From a virus, in IMG/VR virus record IMGVR_UViG_3300025646_000012, positions 32,001 to 96,000 of that record: a stretch of 64,000 bases of DNA. One strand, written 5' to 3'. How positions within the stretch are numbered: position 1 is the first letter of the stretch; each line of letters begins with the position of its first letter. The notes under the pieces were generated by a model. The model saw only the letters and a list, made by a program, of their open reading frames with translations, had not been told where the DNA came from and made no database searches. The position numbers were made by a program, and so were the translations under genes. This document shows, in pieces, positions 21,363 to 31,193 of this stretch.

Positions 21363-21657
21363 ATGCTACTTTCCAGTCAAAGCTATCCTTGGTTTCAAGA
21401 CTTTCGGCACCATCGTACTCAGTAATGATAAACTCAGTACCAATAGGAATCCATTCAATCCTTACACCACTGGCACCACCTGCATAACCAAGGGCTTCAT
21501 CATCACAGATACGTACGATCTCATCAATTTTACCATCCAAAAACAATTGGTTGAAACGTGCATCCATTGGATCAATTTCGTTCCAAGTGGACCAACCAGC
21601 ACCAAAGCCACCGGATACGGCAACTGCTACCATTCCATCACGAATAATCTTTTCCAT
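21361..21657 (-). CDS. conserved hypothetical phage protein
   Basis: 'VAVAVSGGFGAGWSTWN', 'F.I.EYDG.E' family pattern; GGAG SD. Confidence 0.75.
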   Translation of the reverse strand: MEKIIRDGMVAVAVSGGFGAGWSTWNEIDPMDARFNQLFLDGKIDEIVRICDDEALGYAGGASGVRIEWIPIGTEFIITEYDGAESLETKDSFDWKVA

Positions 21658-21659
21658 TT

Positions 21660-21872
21660 TTATACTCCAAGAATCCTAGAAATTTCCTTTGATTCACTCG
21701 GTAGAGGTTTACCGGTCATCATATGTTCTTCTAATTGTTCAAAATAAAATGCTGAATCAGGTTCGTCTGCATTTTTTAGAATATTTTTACATTCACGGAA
21801 GAAGTTTTTGAGCCTCATATCTTGAAGCCCATCACTTGCTGCGGCTTTATGTGTTTTACCTGCACGTTGCAT
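21660..21872 (-). CDS. hypothetical protein
   Basis: Tightly packed in a three-gene minus-strand unit. Confidence 0.6.
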   Translation of the reverse strand: MQRAGKTHKAAASDGLQDMRLKNFFRECKNILKNADEPDSAFYFEQLEEHMMTGKPLPSESKEISRILGV

Positions 21873-21874
21873 TT

Positions 21875-22102
21875 TCAGAAGTTCTCCCAGTTCATTTTCA
21901 TTCCAACATTTGTCTCTGCATTACGCTTAGCAGATTCAAAATCAACAAAAGGACCGGCGGAAGTAAAATCATCCAGAAGGCGGCCCTCGGGGGTATAGAT
22001 CATAAACTTTCCATCACACATCCGATAGATCTCAACGGGTTTGATCGAGTTGGTTGCTTTGTAGATGTGTGAGTGAGTTTCAGATTGATTGAAGGTCATC
22101 AT
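21875..22102 (-). CDS. hypothetical early protein
   Basis: Start reassigned to ATG 22102 (AAAGGA SD; TTTACA promoter at 22155-22160 lies within the longer ORF call). Confidence 0.6.
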   Translation of the reverse strand: MMTFNQSETHSHIYKATNSIKPVEIYRMCDGKFMIYTPEGRLLDDFTSAGPFVDFESAKRNAETNVGMKMNWENF

Positions 22103-22130
22103 GGTGTGGTTCCTTTCACTTCCTATAGTT

Positions 22131-22267
22131 ATAATATAATCATTTCTTCTTAAATGTAAACCCCCTACGTGCATTTTTTTCAAAAAAAGTTTTATGGAAT
22201 TTCAATCACTTGTAACTTTTTTGCATTATTTACATCTATGGTGTGATGTGATATAATTATATAAATA
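22131..22267. promoter_or_regulatory. divergent early promoters plus late promoter
   Basis: Minus: TTTACA (22155-22160) with TATATT/TATTAT; plus: TTTACA(22229)-17-TATAAT(22252); TATAAATA 22260-22267. Confidence 0.7.
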
Positions 22268-22291
22268 GTAGAAAGGAACAGAGGATACGTC

Positions 22292-22855
22292 ATGCCATCT
22301 CTTAACCCCAATGCATCGGTAGATCTATCACCTACCAGTAATAATAGTTCATTGACCACAACCAACTTCTTGCAGCCTACTGGTTTCAAGATGGTGATCA
22401 ATCGTAAGAATTTTCCTAACTTACAATTCTTTTGTAATGGATTTACACACCCTGATGTTGGCGTGAATGCTGCTGATGTTGCATATAAGCGTATTAGTTC
22501 CATTCCGTTTGCTGGTGATAAATTTACCTTTGGTGAACTTTCGGTCCAGGTTCTTCTTGACGAAGAGATGAATTCATATGAAGAAATGTATAACTGGATG
22601 GAAAGAGTTGTAGAAACAAATGAAACCAGACCAATGGGTAAACCTGGTGAACCTATTGACTATGGTACACTACCACCAACTTATGCAGACGTAACATTAT
22701 CCATCCTAAATAGTTCAAACAACCTTTCAAGAGAAATACGATATATTGATTGTATGCCTACATCCTTAGGTAGTATTAACTTTGAAACCGTTGCAGGTGA
22801 CCAGTTCTTAACTTACACAGTAAGCTTTAGATACTCTTATTTTGAATTCCGTTAA
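22292..22855 (+). CDS. gp3: tail completion / sheath stabilizer protein
   Basis: 'NFLQPTGFK', 'GDK..FGEL.V..LLDE.M..Y.E.YNW', synteny before uvsY. Confidence 0.8.
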   Translation: MPSLNPNASVDLSPTSNNSSLTTTNFLQPTGFKMVINRKNFPNLQFFCNGFTHPDVGVNAADVAYKRISSIPFAGDKFTFGELSVQVLLDEEMNSYEEMYNWMERVVETNETRPMGKPGEPIDYGTLPPTYADVTLSILNSSNNLSREIRYIDCMPTSLGSINFETVAGDQFLTYTVSFRYSYFEFR

Positions 22856-22871
22856 TTTATGAAGGTTTATT

Positions 22872-23318
22872 ATGATCGACTTGAACACTATCTTGGATAT
22901 GTGGGCAGAAGACTGCCAAATTAATAATCTGAAGTTGGATGAAACTTCAAAAAATACACCAACATTGCATGCAAAGTATCTTCGGCTTCTGTCGGAGGCA
23001 AAACTTATGCTCAAAAAAACGGAGCGTGACCAAAAAGTATTGCTTCGAGATAAATGGCTATATTATAATGGTAAAATGGATCAAGAACAATTAGAATCAA
23101 AAGGTTGGTCACCAGATCCGTTTGATGGTCTTAGAATTTTAAAAGGTGAAATGGATTATTACTATAATTCAGACCCTGAAATTCAAAAATCAGAAGAAAA
23201 AATTGAGTACTGGAAAACGGTTATAAGTACTCTGACTGAAATAGTAGATAATCTTAAATGGCGCCATCAAACCATCGGCAATATTATAAGATGGAAACAA
23301 TTTGAAGCTGGTGGTTAA
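22872..23318 (+). CDS. uvsY: recombination mediator UvsY
   Basis: 'W.ED..I', 'LHAKYL', 'YY.GK', 'W..F.AG'. Confidence 0.9.
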   Translation: MIDLNTILDMWAEDCQINNLKLDETSKNTPTLHAKYLRLLSEAKLMLKKTERDQKVLLRDKWLYYNGKMDQEQLESKGWSPDPFDGLRILKGEMDYYYNSDPEIQKSEEKIEYWKTVISTLTEIVDNLKWRHQTIGNIIRWKQFEAGG

Positions 23319-24793
23319 TGGTTGATATAGTTGTAAAGCTTAAAGATTATAGTATGCTTACTATCCAGTGTGATAGAGGCATATCTGCAGAGTTGAGTGA
23401 TTACTTTTCATTCTTTGTACCTGGTTATCGTTTCATGCCAGCCTTTAAAGCACGTGTATGGGATGGTAAAATTCGTTTGTTTAATCAAATGACAGGTGAA
23501 TTAAATGCGGGGCTTTACATTTATGTAGTTAAATTTTGTTCTGAACGTGGCTATACAATGGATACCGAGGAAACCGATTATGGTTTACCTATCGGTATCA
23601 CCAAAATAGATTCCGATAAGCTACAGGAGTTCTATAAGGTACTAAAGTTACCATATGATACCCGTGATTACCAACACGATGCAGTAAAAATCGGCTTAGA
23701 ACGTAAGAGAGCGATCCTGGTATCGCCTACCGGCTCTGGTAAATCGTTTATTATGTATTTGTTGATGCGGCATATACTTGGTACAGAAAAAGGTAAAATT
23801 CTAATCATTGTTCCAACAACATCTCTTGTTGAACAACTCTGGCAAGACTTTGCTGATTACGGTTATGATTCTGAAAATAAAGTACATAAGATTTATTCAG
23901 GTAAAGATAAGACTACAAATAAAAGAGTTATTATTTCCACATGGCAATCCATTTATAAGTTTCCTAAAAAGTGGTTTGAACAATTTGATGCCGTTTTTGG
24001 TGACGAGTGTCATGGCTTTAAATCAAAATCACTATCATCCATTATGAATAAATCAACCGAAGCAAAATATAGATTCGGGTTGACAGGTACTTTAGACGGC
24101 ACCCAAACGCATAAGCTGGTGTTGGAGGGGTTATTTGGTCCAGTATATCAGGTTACCATGACCAAAAAGTTACAAGAAGAAGGTACACTAGCACCACTTG
24201 ATATTACCATTCTAATGCTTAAATATACCAGTGAAACTAGACAGATAAATACCAATAATGATTACCAAAAGGAAATTGAATTCCTAATTAATCATGAGAA
24301 AAGAAATAAATTTATTCGTAATCTAGCCCTATCACAGACAGGTAATACACTCGTATTATATCTGAGAGTTGATGGTCATGGAAAACCTTTGTTTAATATG
24401 ATTCGTGAAAAAGCTGATGAGAATAGAAAAATATTTTTTGTATCTGGTGATGTTGAAGCTGAGGATAGAGAATCAATAAGAAAAATTGTTGAGACACAAA
24501 AAGATGCTATCATTGTTGCAAGTTTAGGGACCTTTAGTACTGGTATCAATATACGGAATTTGCATAACATTATTTTTGCGTCACCGTCCAAGTCCCAAAT
24601 TAAAGTTCTTCAGTCGATCGGCCGTGGACTACGAGTATCAGATGACGGAAGAGTAACAAAACTTTTTGATATTGCAGATGATTTACATTGGAAACAAAAG
24701 AAAAATTTTGCTCTTATACATTCTGCGGAACGTGTAAAAATATACTCAAAAGAAGAATTCAAATATAAAATTGTACAGGTGGAATTAGAATGA
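23318..24793 (+). CDS. uvsW: SF2 DNA helicase UvsW
   Basis: 'SPTGSGKS', 'DECH', 'GLTGT', 'QSIGRGLR'. Confidence 0.95.
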   Translation: MVDIVVKLKDYSMLTIQCDRGISAELSDYFSFFVPGYRFMPAFKARVWDGKIRLFNQMTGELNAGLYIYVVKFCSERGYTMDTEETDYGLPIGITKIDSDKLQEFYKVLKLPYDTRDYQHDAVKIGLERKRAILVSPTGSGKSFIMYLLMRHILGTEKGKILIIVPTTSLVEQLWQDFADYGYDSENKVHKIYSGKDKTTNKRVIISTWQSIYKFPKKWFEQFDAVFGDECHGFKSKSLSSIMNKSTEAKYRFGLTGTLDGTQTHKLVLEGLFGPVYQVTMTKKLQEEGTLAPLDITILMLKYTSETRQINTNNDYQKEIEFLINHEKRNKFIRNLALSQTGNTLVLYLRVDGHGKPLFNMIREKADENRKIFFVSGDVEAEDRESIRKIVETQKDAIIVASLGTFSTGINIRNLHNIIFASPSKSQIKVLQSIGRGLRVSDDGRVTKLFDIADDLHWKQKKNFALIHSAERVKIYSKEEFKYKIVQVELE

Positions 24794-25236
24794 GTGGATC
24801 AGATTTTAATAAAAGCATTAGACAATTTAAATTATCCAATGGTGATGAAATAGTATGTGATGTTGTAGAATGGCCAAGTGAGGATGATGATCATAATGGG
24901 TTAATAGTTCGTAATGCCTATAAAATTTTCATGGTAAATACTCTTAATCCAACAGAAAATAGATACTATCAATTTCGTCCTTGGTTGGTATATCAAGATA
25001 AAAAAGACTATTTCCAAGTATTAAATGCTGATCATATTATTGCGGAAGCAACACCTGCTGATGAACTTCTTGTACATTATTATAGAGTAATAAATGATAC
25101 TGATGAAAATGAAAAAGAATTGGAAGATAAAATTGCTAAATTGGAAAAAGTATTAGAAGAATATATGTCGGATAAAACATTTAATGATAGTGATTCAAAT
25201 AATCTAATCCAATTTCCGGGCAGAAAATTACATTAA
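24790..25236 (+). CDS. conserved T4-like protein (Sm-like N-terminus)
   Basis: 'FKLSNGDEIVC', 'F.PW'; usual position between uvsW and gp55. Confidence 0.6.
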   Translation: MSGSDFNKSIRQFKLSNGDEIVCDVVEWPSEDDDHNGLIVRNAYKIFMVNTLNPTENRYYQFRPWLVYQDKKDYFQVLNADHIIAEATPADELLVHYYRVINDTDENEKELEDKIAKLEKVLEEYMSDKTFNDSDSNNLIQFPGRKLH

Positions 25237-25895
25237 TGATAAGAACTGATCAAGAAGCATGGGAACAATATCCCCATCACCACAACTGGTTTAACAAGCT
25301 ATGGGTATCTGAGAAGCTAGGATATAAATGTGGACCGGGCGGAACAGCACCCAAGACTAGTGGGTGGTATGTTGTTAGACCCACATATAATCTTTCCGGT
25401 ATGGGTGTAGGCGCTAAGAAAGTATTCATTGAGGCTGGCGACTTGAAAGCTGTTCCTGCCGGCTACTTCTGGTGTGAATGGTTTGAGGGAACTCATTACT
25501 CTGCCACATTCAAGTTTATTCATGATCACAAGCCTAGATGGGATGTTGTTTCTTGCTGGGAAGGACTTTCAAATCCAGCTATGTTGCAACAATTTAGAGA
25601 ATGGTATCGTACAGAAGAAGTTCCTTATGTTCCTTGGGCATTAAATGAATTATCTGATGTAGGAATTATAAATGTCGAATTCAAAGATGATAAAGTGATT
25701 GAGGTTCATCTGAGAGATACACCTGATCCTGACTATGATCATATTATTCCCACATGGATGTCAGATCAAGCCAATGGAAAAGTTCTTTCCGAACGTAATG
25801 ATCGGTTGACAAAAGATGGTTATAGATGGGTATCTGACTATGATGATGCCGATGGCCAACTTTCTGATCCTCGTACTGGTTTCTGGGTAAAGTGA
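25236..25895 (+). CDS. putative ATP-grasp-like protein
   Basis: 'YVVRP..NL.GMG.GA', 'EWFEG.HYS', 'INVEF....IEVHLR' resemble ATP-grasp motifs. Confidence 0.5.
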   Translation: MIRTDQEAWEQYPHHHNWFNKLWVSEKLGYKCGPGGTAPKTSGWYVVRPTYNLSGMGVGAKKVFIEAGDLKAVPAGYFWCEWFEGTHYSATFKFIHDHKPRWDVVSCWEGLSNPAMLQQFREWYRTEEVPYVPWALNELSDVGIINVEFKDDKVIEVHLRDTPDPDYDHIIPTWMSDQANGKVLSERNDRLTKDGYRWVSDYDDADGQLSDPRTGFWVK

Positions 25896-25926
25896 TATAC
25901 CACCCATCTCTAACATGTACTATGTT

Positions 25927-25996
25927 ATTATATCAACATTTCTAATCTTGTAAACAACTATTTTTTGTTTACATATCAATATTTTTGTGTTACAAT
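25927..25996. promoter_or_regulatory. back-to-back sigma70-like promoters on an inverted repeat
   Basis: TGTAAACAA-7-TTGTTTACA; plus TTTACA(25968)-17-TACAAT; minus TTTACA-16-TATAAT. Confidence 0.6.
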
Positions 25997-26020
25997 ATAA
26001 AAAACAAAATGGATTTTATT

Positions 26021-26620
26021 ATGGCAAAAGAAAAACGAGCAAGCATTCATTATGTAAACAATAAGGATTTTTCCGAAGCAGTGGTAGAATACTGCACTCT
26101 AATTGCTGAAGCAAAAGAGAAAAAACAACCATTACCTGTTGTACCGGATTATATTGCATTATCTTTCCTACGAATTGCCGAAGGTCTTTCACATAAATCT
26201 AATTTCATTAGATATACTTACCGTGAAGAAATGGTAATGGATGCAGTTGAAAATTGTTTAAGAGCAATTGAAAATTATAATATTGATGCTGCAACAAGAA
26301 CTGGTTTACCAAATGCCTTTGCTTATTTTACCCAAATTTCCTGGTATGCATTCCTTCGTCGAATTGCAAAAGAGAAAAAGCATCAGGATGTCAGACTAAG
26401 ATATCTCTCTCAATCTGGTATTGAGGATTATATTGTATCAGGTGATCTGGATCCAGTATCAATCCAAGCAATGCAAAGCTTTATTGACACACTTAAGGAT
26501 CGTATTGATAAGGTAAAAGAAAAAGATGATGATCTAAAAGAATTTGTAAAAAAAGAAAAGCATAGAAAAAAATATCAACTTTCAGTAGATTCTGATTTAA
26601 TGGACTTTTTTGAAGAATGA
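26021..26620 (+). CDS. gp55: late-transcription sigma factor
   Basis: 'HYVNNK.F', 'NFIRYTYREEMVMDAVENCL', 'NAFAYFTQI..YAFLRRI.KEKK'; start set at ATG 26021. Confidence 0.95.
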   Translation: MAKEKRASIHYVNNKDFSEAVVEYCTLIAEAKEKKQPLPVVPDYIALSFLRIAEGLSHKSNFIRYTYREEMVMDAVENCLRAIENYNIDAATRTGLPNAFAYFTQISWYAFLRRIAKEKKHQDVRLRYLSQSGIEDYIVSGDLDPVSIQAMQSFIDTLKDRIDKVKEKDDDLKEFVKKEKHRKKYQLSVDSDLMDFFEE

Positions 26621-27678
26621 AATTTGCAATTTTGAATGATACCCATTGTGGTGTTCGTAATAGTTCTGATATATTTCTTGATAATGCAGAGAAATTCTAT
26701 AAAGAAATATTTTTTCCTTATTTAATTGAAAATGGAATTAAGCATATTCTCCACCTCGGCGATTACTATGACAATAGAAAATTTATTAACTTCCGTGCAT
26801 TGAATCGTAATCGTAATCATTTTCTTAAGAAACTAAGAGAATATGGAATTACAATGGACATTTTTGTAGGTAATCATGATACCTATTATAAAAATACTAA
26901 TAATCTAAATTCATTAAAAGAATTGTTTGGACATTATACCGATGTGGTGAATATTATCCATGAGCCAACAAATGTCCAATATGGTGATGTAACTTTTGCT
27001 TTGATTCCTTGGATTAATCAGGAAAATGAAAAGACAACCATGCAATTTCTAAAAGAAACCAAGGCAACACACGTTGGTGGACATTTTGATATTATTGGTT
27101 TTGAAATGCTAAAGGGTGTTGAAAGTACACATGGTTTGGATCCATCAATTTTTGAACGCTTCCAAGCCGTATATACTGGTCACTACCATGTAAAATCATC
27201 TAAGAATAATATCCATTACCTCGGATCCCAAATGGAATTTTTCTGGAGTGATGCACATAACGACAAATATTTCCATGTATTTGATACAGAGACCCAGGAA
27301 CTTATCAAGATCCGAAATCCACACACACTGTTCCATCGTATTCATTATGATGATACAAATTTTAATTATTTGGAATATGACTTCTCTTTGGTTGAAAATA
27401 AATTTGTAAAAATTGTTGTCATAAACAAAAGTGACGTGTTTACATTTGACCGGTTTGTTGATAAGATACAATCATGTAAAATACACGAGCTTAAAATCCA
27501 AGAGAACTTTAATGAGTTCATTGGTGAAAAAGTGGATGATGACACAATTCTGCTAGAAGATACCACGTCACTCCTCAATAGTTATATTGATGGTGTTGAT
27601 ACCGAACTTGACAAGGATCGGATTAAACTTCAAATGCATGAACTAATGACTGAGGCACAGACCCTAGAAGTAGCATGA
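26617..27678 (+). CDS. gp47: recombination endonuclease subunit (Mre11-like)
   Basis: Metallophosphoesterase motifs 'DTHCG', 'GD..D', 'GNHD', 'GHYH'. Confidence 0.95.
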   Translation: MKFAILNDTHCGVRNSSDIFLDNAEKFYKEIFFPYLIENGIKHILHLGDYYDNRKFINFRALNRNRNHFLKKLREYGITMDIFVGNHDTYYKNTNNLNSLKELFGHYTDVVNIIHEPTNVQYGDVTFALIPWINQENEKTTMQFLKETKATHVGGHFDIIGFEMLKGVESTHGLDPSIFERFQAVYTGHYHVKSSKNNIHYLGSQMEFFWSDAHNDKYFHVFDTETQELIKIRNPHTLFHRIHYDDTNFNYLEYDFSLVENKFVKIVVINKSDVFTFDRFVDKIQSCKIHELKIQENFNEFIGEKVDDDTILLEDTTSLLNSYIDGVDTELDKDRIKLQMHELMTEAQTLEVA

Positions 27679-29390
27679 TTATATTTAAAAGTTTGAGATG
27701 GCGCAACTTTTTGTCCACAGGCAATAATTGGACAGAAGTTGATTTTCTTACCCATAAAACACATCTGGTTGTAGGACACAATGGTGCCGGAAAATCCACT
27801 ATGTTGGATGCATTGGCATTTGCTCTATTTGGTAAACCGCATCGTAATATCAATAAACCACAACTTGTAAATTCAATTAACAACAAAGATTGTTCCGTTG
27901 AGGTTATTTTTACCGTTGGTGGTTTTGAATATAAGATTATCCGTGGTTTAAAACCTGTTGTATTTGAAATTTATAGGAATAACGTCCTATTAAATCAAGA
28001 GTCACATAATAAAGAATACCAAAAGATTCTAGAACAAAACATTCTAAAACTTAATCACAAAAGTTTCCATCAGATTGTTGTTCTAGGTTCATCTTCGTTT
28101 ATTCCGTTTATGCAATTGCCTGCACAACATCGTAGGGATGTCATTGAAGATCTATTGGATATTGGTATCTTCTCAAAGATGAATATTATCCTTAAAGAGA
28201 AAAATTCCAATCTCAAAGATAAAATCCGTGATGTGGAATATCAAATTGAGGTTCTAAAAAATAAAATTGAAACTCAAAAGAAATACATTACCGATATTAA
28301 TAGGATTAATAAGGATCTTAGAGAACAAAAAGAGGCACATATCAGAACTCTTAGAGATGAATCTGCGGAACTCAGCCGTCAAAATGATGAGTTACTTATA
28401 AAAATTAGTCATAATAATGCGGTTTGGCCATTTACACTTCAAAAACTACAAAAGAAACAATCTTTATTGTTCCAATATCAAACACAATTTAATACAGATA
28501 TTAAAACTGTAGTTAAAGATGCTAAATTCTTTGAAGAGAATGATGATTGTCCAACATGTACACAAAAGATTGATGAGAGTGTAAGACAATCCAAATTGGA
28601 TTATGCTAAAAATAGAGCAAAAGAATTACAAGATGCTCTATCAAAACTTAACACAGAGATTGAAAATATTGCATCAGAATTAAAAACCGCACAAGATAGA
28701 ATTACCGATATAAATACATGGCAGAATGAATTGAACAATAATTCACAAACCATTCATCGGATCAATTCTCAAGTTAATTTGATTCACGATGAAATAGAAA
28801 ATCTTACAGATACAACCAGTGACATATCTCTGGCTAAAAATGATCTACAAAAATTTATTGATGAAAAAGACTCTAGGTTTGAGGAGAAGCTCAAGCATAG
28901 TGAACAATACCAATATAATGCAGCTATTGCAGAAATGCTCAAAGATACTGGTATCAAAACAAAGATTGTGAAGCAGTATCTTCCGGTCATCAATAAATTG
29001 GTAAATCAATATTTACAAACGCTTGACTTTTTTGTACACTTCCATTTGGATGAAGCATTTACGGAATCAATCAGATCTAGACATAGAGATAGTTTTTCGT
29101 ATGATTCGTTCTCTGAAGGTGAAAAACAACGCATTGACCTGGCTCTACTATTCACTTGGCGCCAGGTAGCTAAAATGAAAAATTCAATTGCTACAAATCT
29201 ATTGATTTTGGATGAAACATTTGATTCATCTCTTGACTATGAAGGTGTGGACAATCTAATGAAAATTATCTACAGCCTTGATGATAATACAAATGTTTTT
29301 GTTATTTCGCATAAAGGGGATATTCTGGACGGTAAATTTGAAAATAAAATTGAGTTTGTAAAAGATAAAAATTTCAGCAAAATTAAGTGA
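27675..29390 (+). CDS. gp46: recombination ATPase subunit (Rad50-like)
   Basis: 'GHNGAGKST', zinc hook 'CPTC', 'FSEGEKQRIDL', 'LILDE'. Confidence 0.95.
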   Translation: MIIFKSLRWRNFLSTGNNWTEVDFLTHKTHLVVGHNGAGKSTMLDALAFALFGKPHRNINKPQLVNSINNKDCSVEVIFTVGGFEYKIIRGLKPVVFEIYRNNVLLNQESHNKEYQKILEQNILKLNHKSFHQIVVLGSSSFIPFMQLPAQHRRDVIEDLLDIGIFSKMNIILKEKNSNLKDKIRDVEYQIEVLKNKIETQKKYITDINRINKDLREQKEAHIRTLRDESAELSRQNDELLIKISHNNAVWPFTLQKLQKKQSLLFQYQTQFNTDIKTVVKDAKFFEENDDCPTCTQKIDESVRQSKLDYAKNRAKELQDALSKLNTEIENIASELKTAQDRITDINTWQNELNNNSQTIHRINSQVNLIHDEIENLTDTTSDISLAKNDLQKFIDEKDSRFEEKLKHSEQYQYNAAIAEMLKDTGIKTKIVKQYLPVINKLVNQYLQTLDFFVHFHLDEAFTESIRSRHRDSFSYDSFSEGEKQRIDLALLFTWRQVAKMKNSIATNLLILDETFDSSLDYEGVDNLMKIIYSLDDNTNVFVISHKGDILDGKFENKIEFVKDKNFSKIK

Positions 29391-29400
29391 GGAACATATT

Positions 29401-30075
29401 ATGCAGCTGAACGAACAAGCAATGCAAGTGCTAAAAAACTTTGCAACAATTAATCCTAATATTGTTATCGAACAAGGTAACGTCATTCGAACACTTTCCG
29501 AAGGTAAAAATATCTTTGGTAAGGCAATTGTAGATCTTGACTTTCCAGTAAAGTTTGGTATCTACGACCTTAATGAGTTTTTGAATGTCCTTGGTCTTGT
29601 TGATGAACATTCACTTACCTTCAATGATAAATATGTTGTTGTAAATGACAACGTAGGTTTGTCAAAGGTAAAATATTTCTTTACGGATACGGATTATCTT
29701 ACCACGTCCAATAAGGATATTGCAATGCCTTCGACTGAGGTTAGATTTAACCTCACAAATGACACTCTAAATAAACTCAAGAGAGCGGCTTCTGCTCTTG
29801 GTCATGATGTTGTTTCTATCCGACCAAATAATGGTGCAATTAGTTTGACCGTATTTGATAAGGATAATCCGACCTCGAACTCTTTCACTATTGATGTTGA
29901 TGGATCTTATGAAGGTTCTGATTTTGATTTTATTATTACAATTTCAAATCTAAAACTCATTCCTAATGACTATCAAGTGGAAATTTCATCTAAACTTATC
30001 TCACATTTTATTAACAAAGATTCTAAGGTTGAATATTGGATTGCCTTGGAAAAATCATCTAAATATGGAGCTTAA
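29401..30075 (+). CDS. gp45: sliding clamp
   Basis: 'LKNFATIN.NI', 'FGIYDLNEFL', 'YWIALE'. Confidence 0.93.
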   Translation: MQLNEQAMQVLKNFATINPNIVIEQGNVIRTLSEGKNIFGKAIVDLDFPVKFGIYDLNEFLNVLGLVDEHSLTFNDKYVVVNDNVGLSKVKYFFTDTDYLTTSNKDIAMPSTEVRFNLTNDTLNKLKRAASALGHDVVSIRPNNGAISLTVFDKDNPTSNSFTIDVDGSYEGSDFDFIITISNLKLIPNDYQVEISSKLISHFINKDSKVEYWIALEKSSKYGA

Positions 30076-30077
30076 TA

Positions 30078-30293
30078 ATGGCAACTAAAATTGCAAATCA
30101 AGAAAATCATTCACAAATTTACGATCTTTCCAACCGTGTAGCACGTAGTACAATTGCAGTAATTGATACTCTTACCCAACGTGGTGCATTTAAGGGTGAG
30201 GAACTTTCTACCATCGGCGGATTGAGGGATCAAGCTGCTCATCTAATTCAACTTGCAGAAGCATGGCAGGCTGAGAACGCATCAAATAGTTAA
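30078..30293 (+). CDS. hypothetical protein
   Basis: GGAG SD; 'ID....RGAFKGEEL..IG.LR' motif. Confidence 0.65.
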   Translation: MATKIANQENHSQIYDLSNRVARSTIAVIDTLTQRGAFKGEELSTIGGLRDQAAHLIQLAEAWQAENASNS

Positions 30294-31117
30294 TGATAAA
30301 CGAAATTACATTAAATATTACAGAATTATGTAATCTTAAATGTGGATTTTGTCCTAGATCTACATGGTATCCGAATCAAAATTTAAATATGAGTTCGGAT
30401 ACCATTCATGCAATTTGTAACCAAATTTTAAAATTACCTAATTTTAAAGATTTTATTACCAATGGAAGTTTAAGAATTATAGGTAGAGGTGAACCTACAT
30501 TACATCCTGAATTTGATAAGATAATTGAGATTATATCATCATATAATATAGATAATATTGTTCTTTATACTAATGGGATAAAACTAAAAAAAATTAAACA
30601 CATTTCCCATAAAATTAAACAAATAAGATGGGCAGTATATTCTGATAATGATGCAGATTTTATAGAAGCAATTTCAGAAATAAAAACATATAATTCTAAA
30701 AATAAACTTGTTTTTATGAAACCCGATAATGAAAAAGAAGGTGGCACTGTCCGTCACTATTTTATAAATGGAACCTTATTTTTAAATAGTAATTATCCCT
30801 TTCTTGATAATAGAGCAGGATCTATAGAAAATCCCATTTATGAAAAACATTTTAATTATAAACACGCAACCTATCACGATGGTAAAAAATGTTATTATAT
30901 AGATAATAAAATTTACATAGATTGGAATGGTAATTATAATTTATGTTGTAATGATTGGTCGGGCAGAGTATTAGGTAACATATTTAAAGAAGATATTATA
31001 AGTTATTATGAAAAAAATAATATCCTAAAAAAATATAAAGAAGGCATAAAAAATAAAAAGCCTTTAAATCCTTGTAAAAGTTGTTCAATACTAACGTGCA
31101 TAAGAAATAATGTATGA
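30293..31117 (+). CDS. radical SAM protein with SPASM/twitch domain
   Basis: CxxxCxxC (CNLKCGFC), 'GEPTLHP', 'TNG', C-terminal 'C...LCCNDW...LGNI...PC..C'. Confidence 0.85.
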   Translation: MINEITLNITELCNLKCGFCPRSTWYPNQNLNMSSDTIHAICNQILKLPNFKDFITNGSLRIIGRGEPTLHPEFDKIIEIISSYNIDNIVLYTNGIKLKKIKHISHKIKQIRWAVYSDNDADFIEAISEIKTYNSKNKLVFMKPDNEKEGGTVRHYFINGTLFLNSNYPFLDNRAGSIENPIYEKHFNYKHATYHDGKKCYYIDNKIYIDWNGNYNLCCNDWSGRVLGNIFKEDIISYYEKNNILKKYKEGIKNKKPLNPCKSCSILTCIRNNV

Positions 31118-31130
31118 CGTAATAAATGAG

Positions 31131-31159
31131 TTTACAAGTATAAGAAAATGATATAAAAT
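31131..31159 (+). promoter_or_regulatory. sigma70-like early/middle promoter
   Basis: TTTACA-17-TAAAAT upstream of gp44. Confidence 0.6.
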
Positions 31160-31193
31160 TGATGTATGCACTATATAATGAAAAGGGCTTATA

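Noticed and set aside
14571-21487. Antisense and alternate-frame ORFs within gp18-gp23 (e.g. 14571-14927, 18526-18846, 21131-21487)
   Set aside because: Shadow ORFs of strongly codon-biased structural genes; 21131-21487 also runs through the gp23 terminator.
22103-22503. Extended N-terminus of ORF 21875-22183 and minus ORF 22192-22503
   Set aside because: The extension spans the divergent promoter region and a better start with SD exists at 22102; the second ORF is antisense to gp3.
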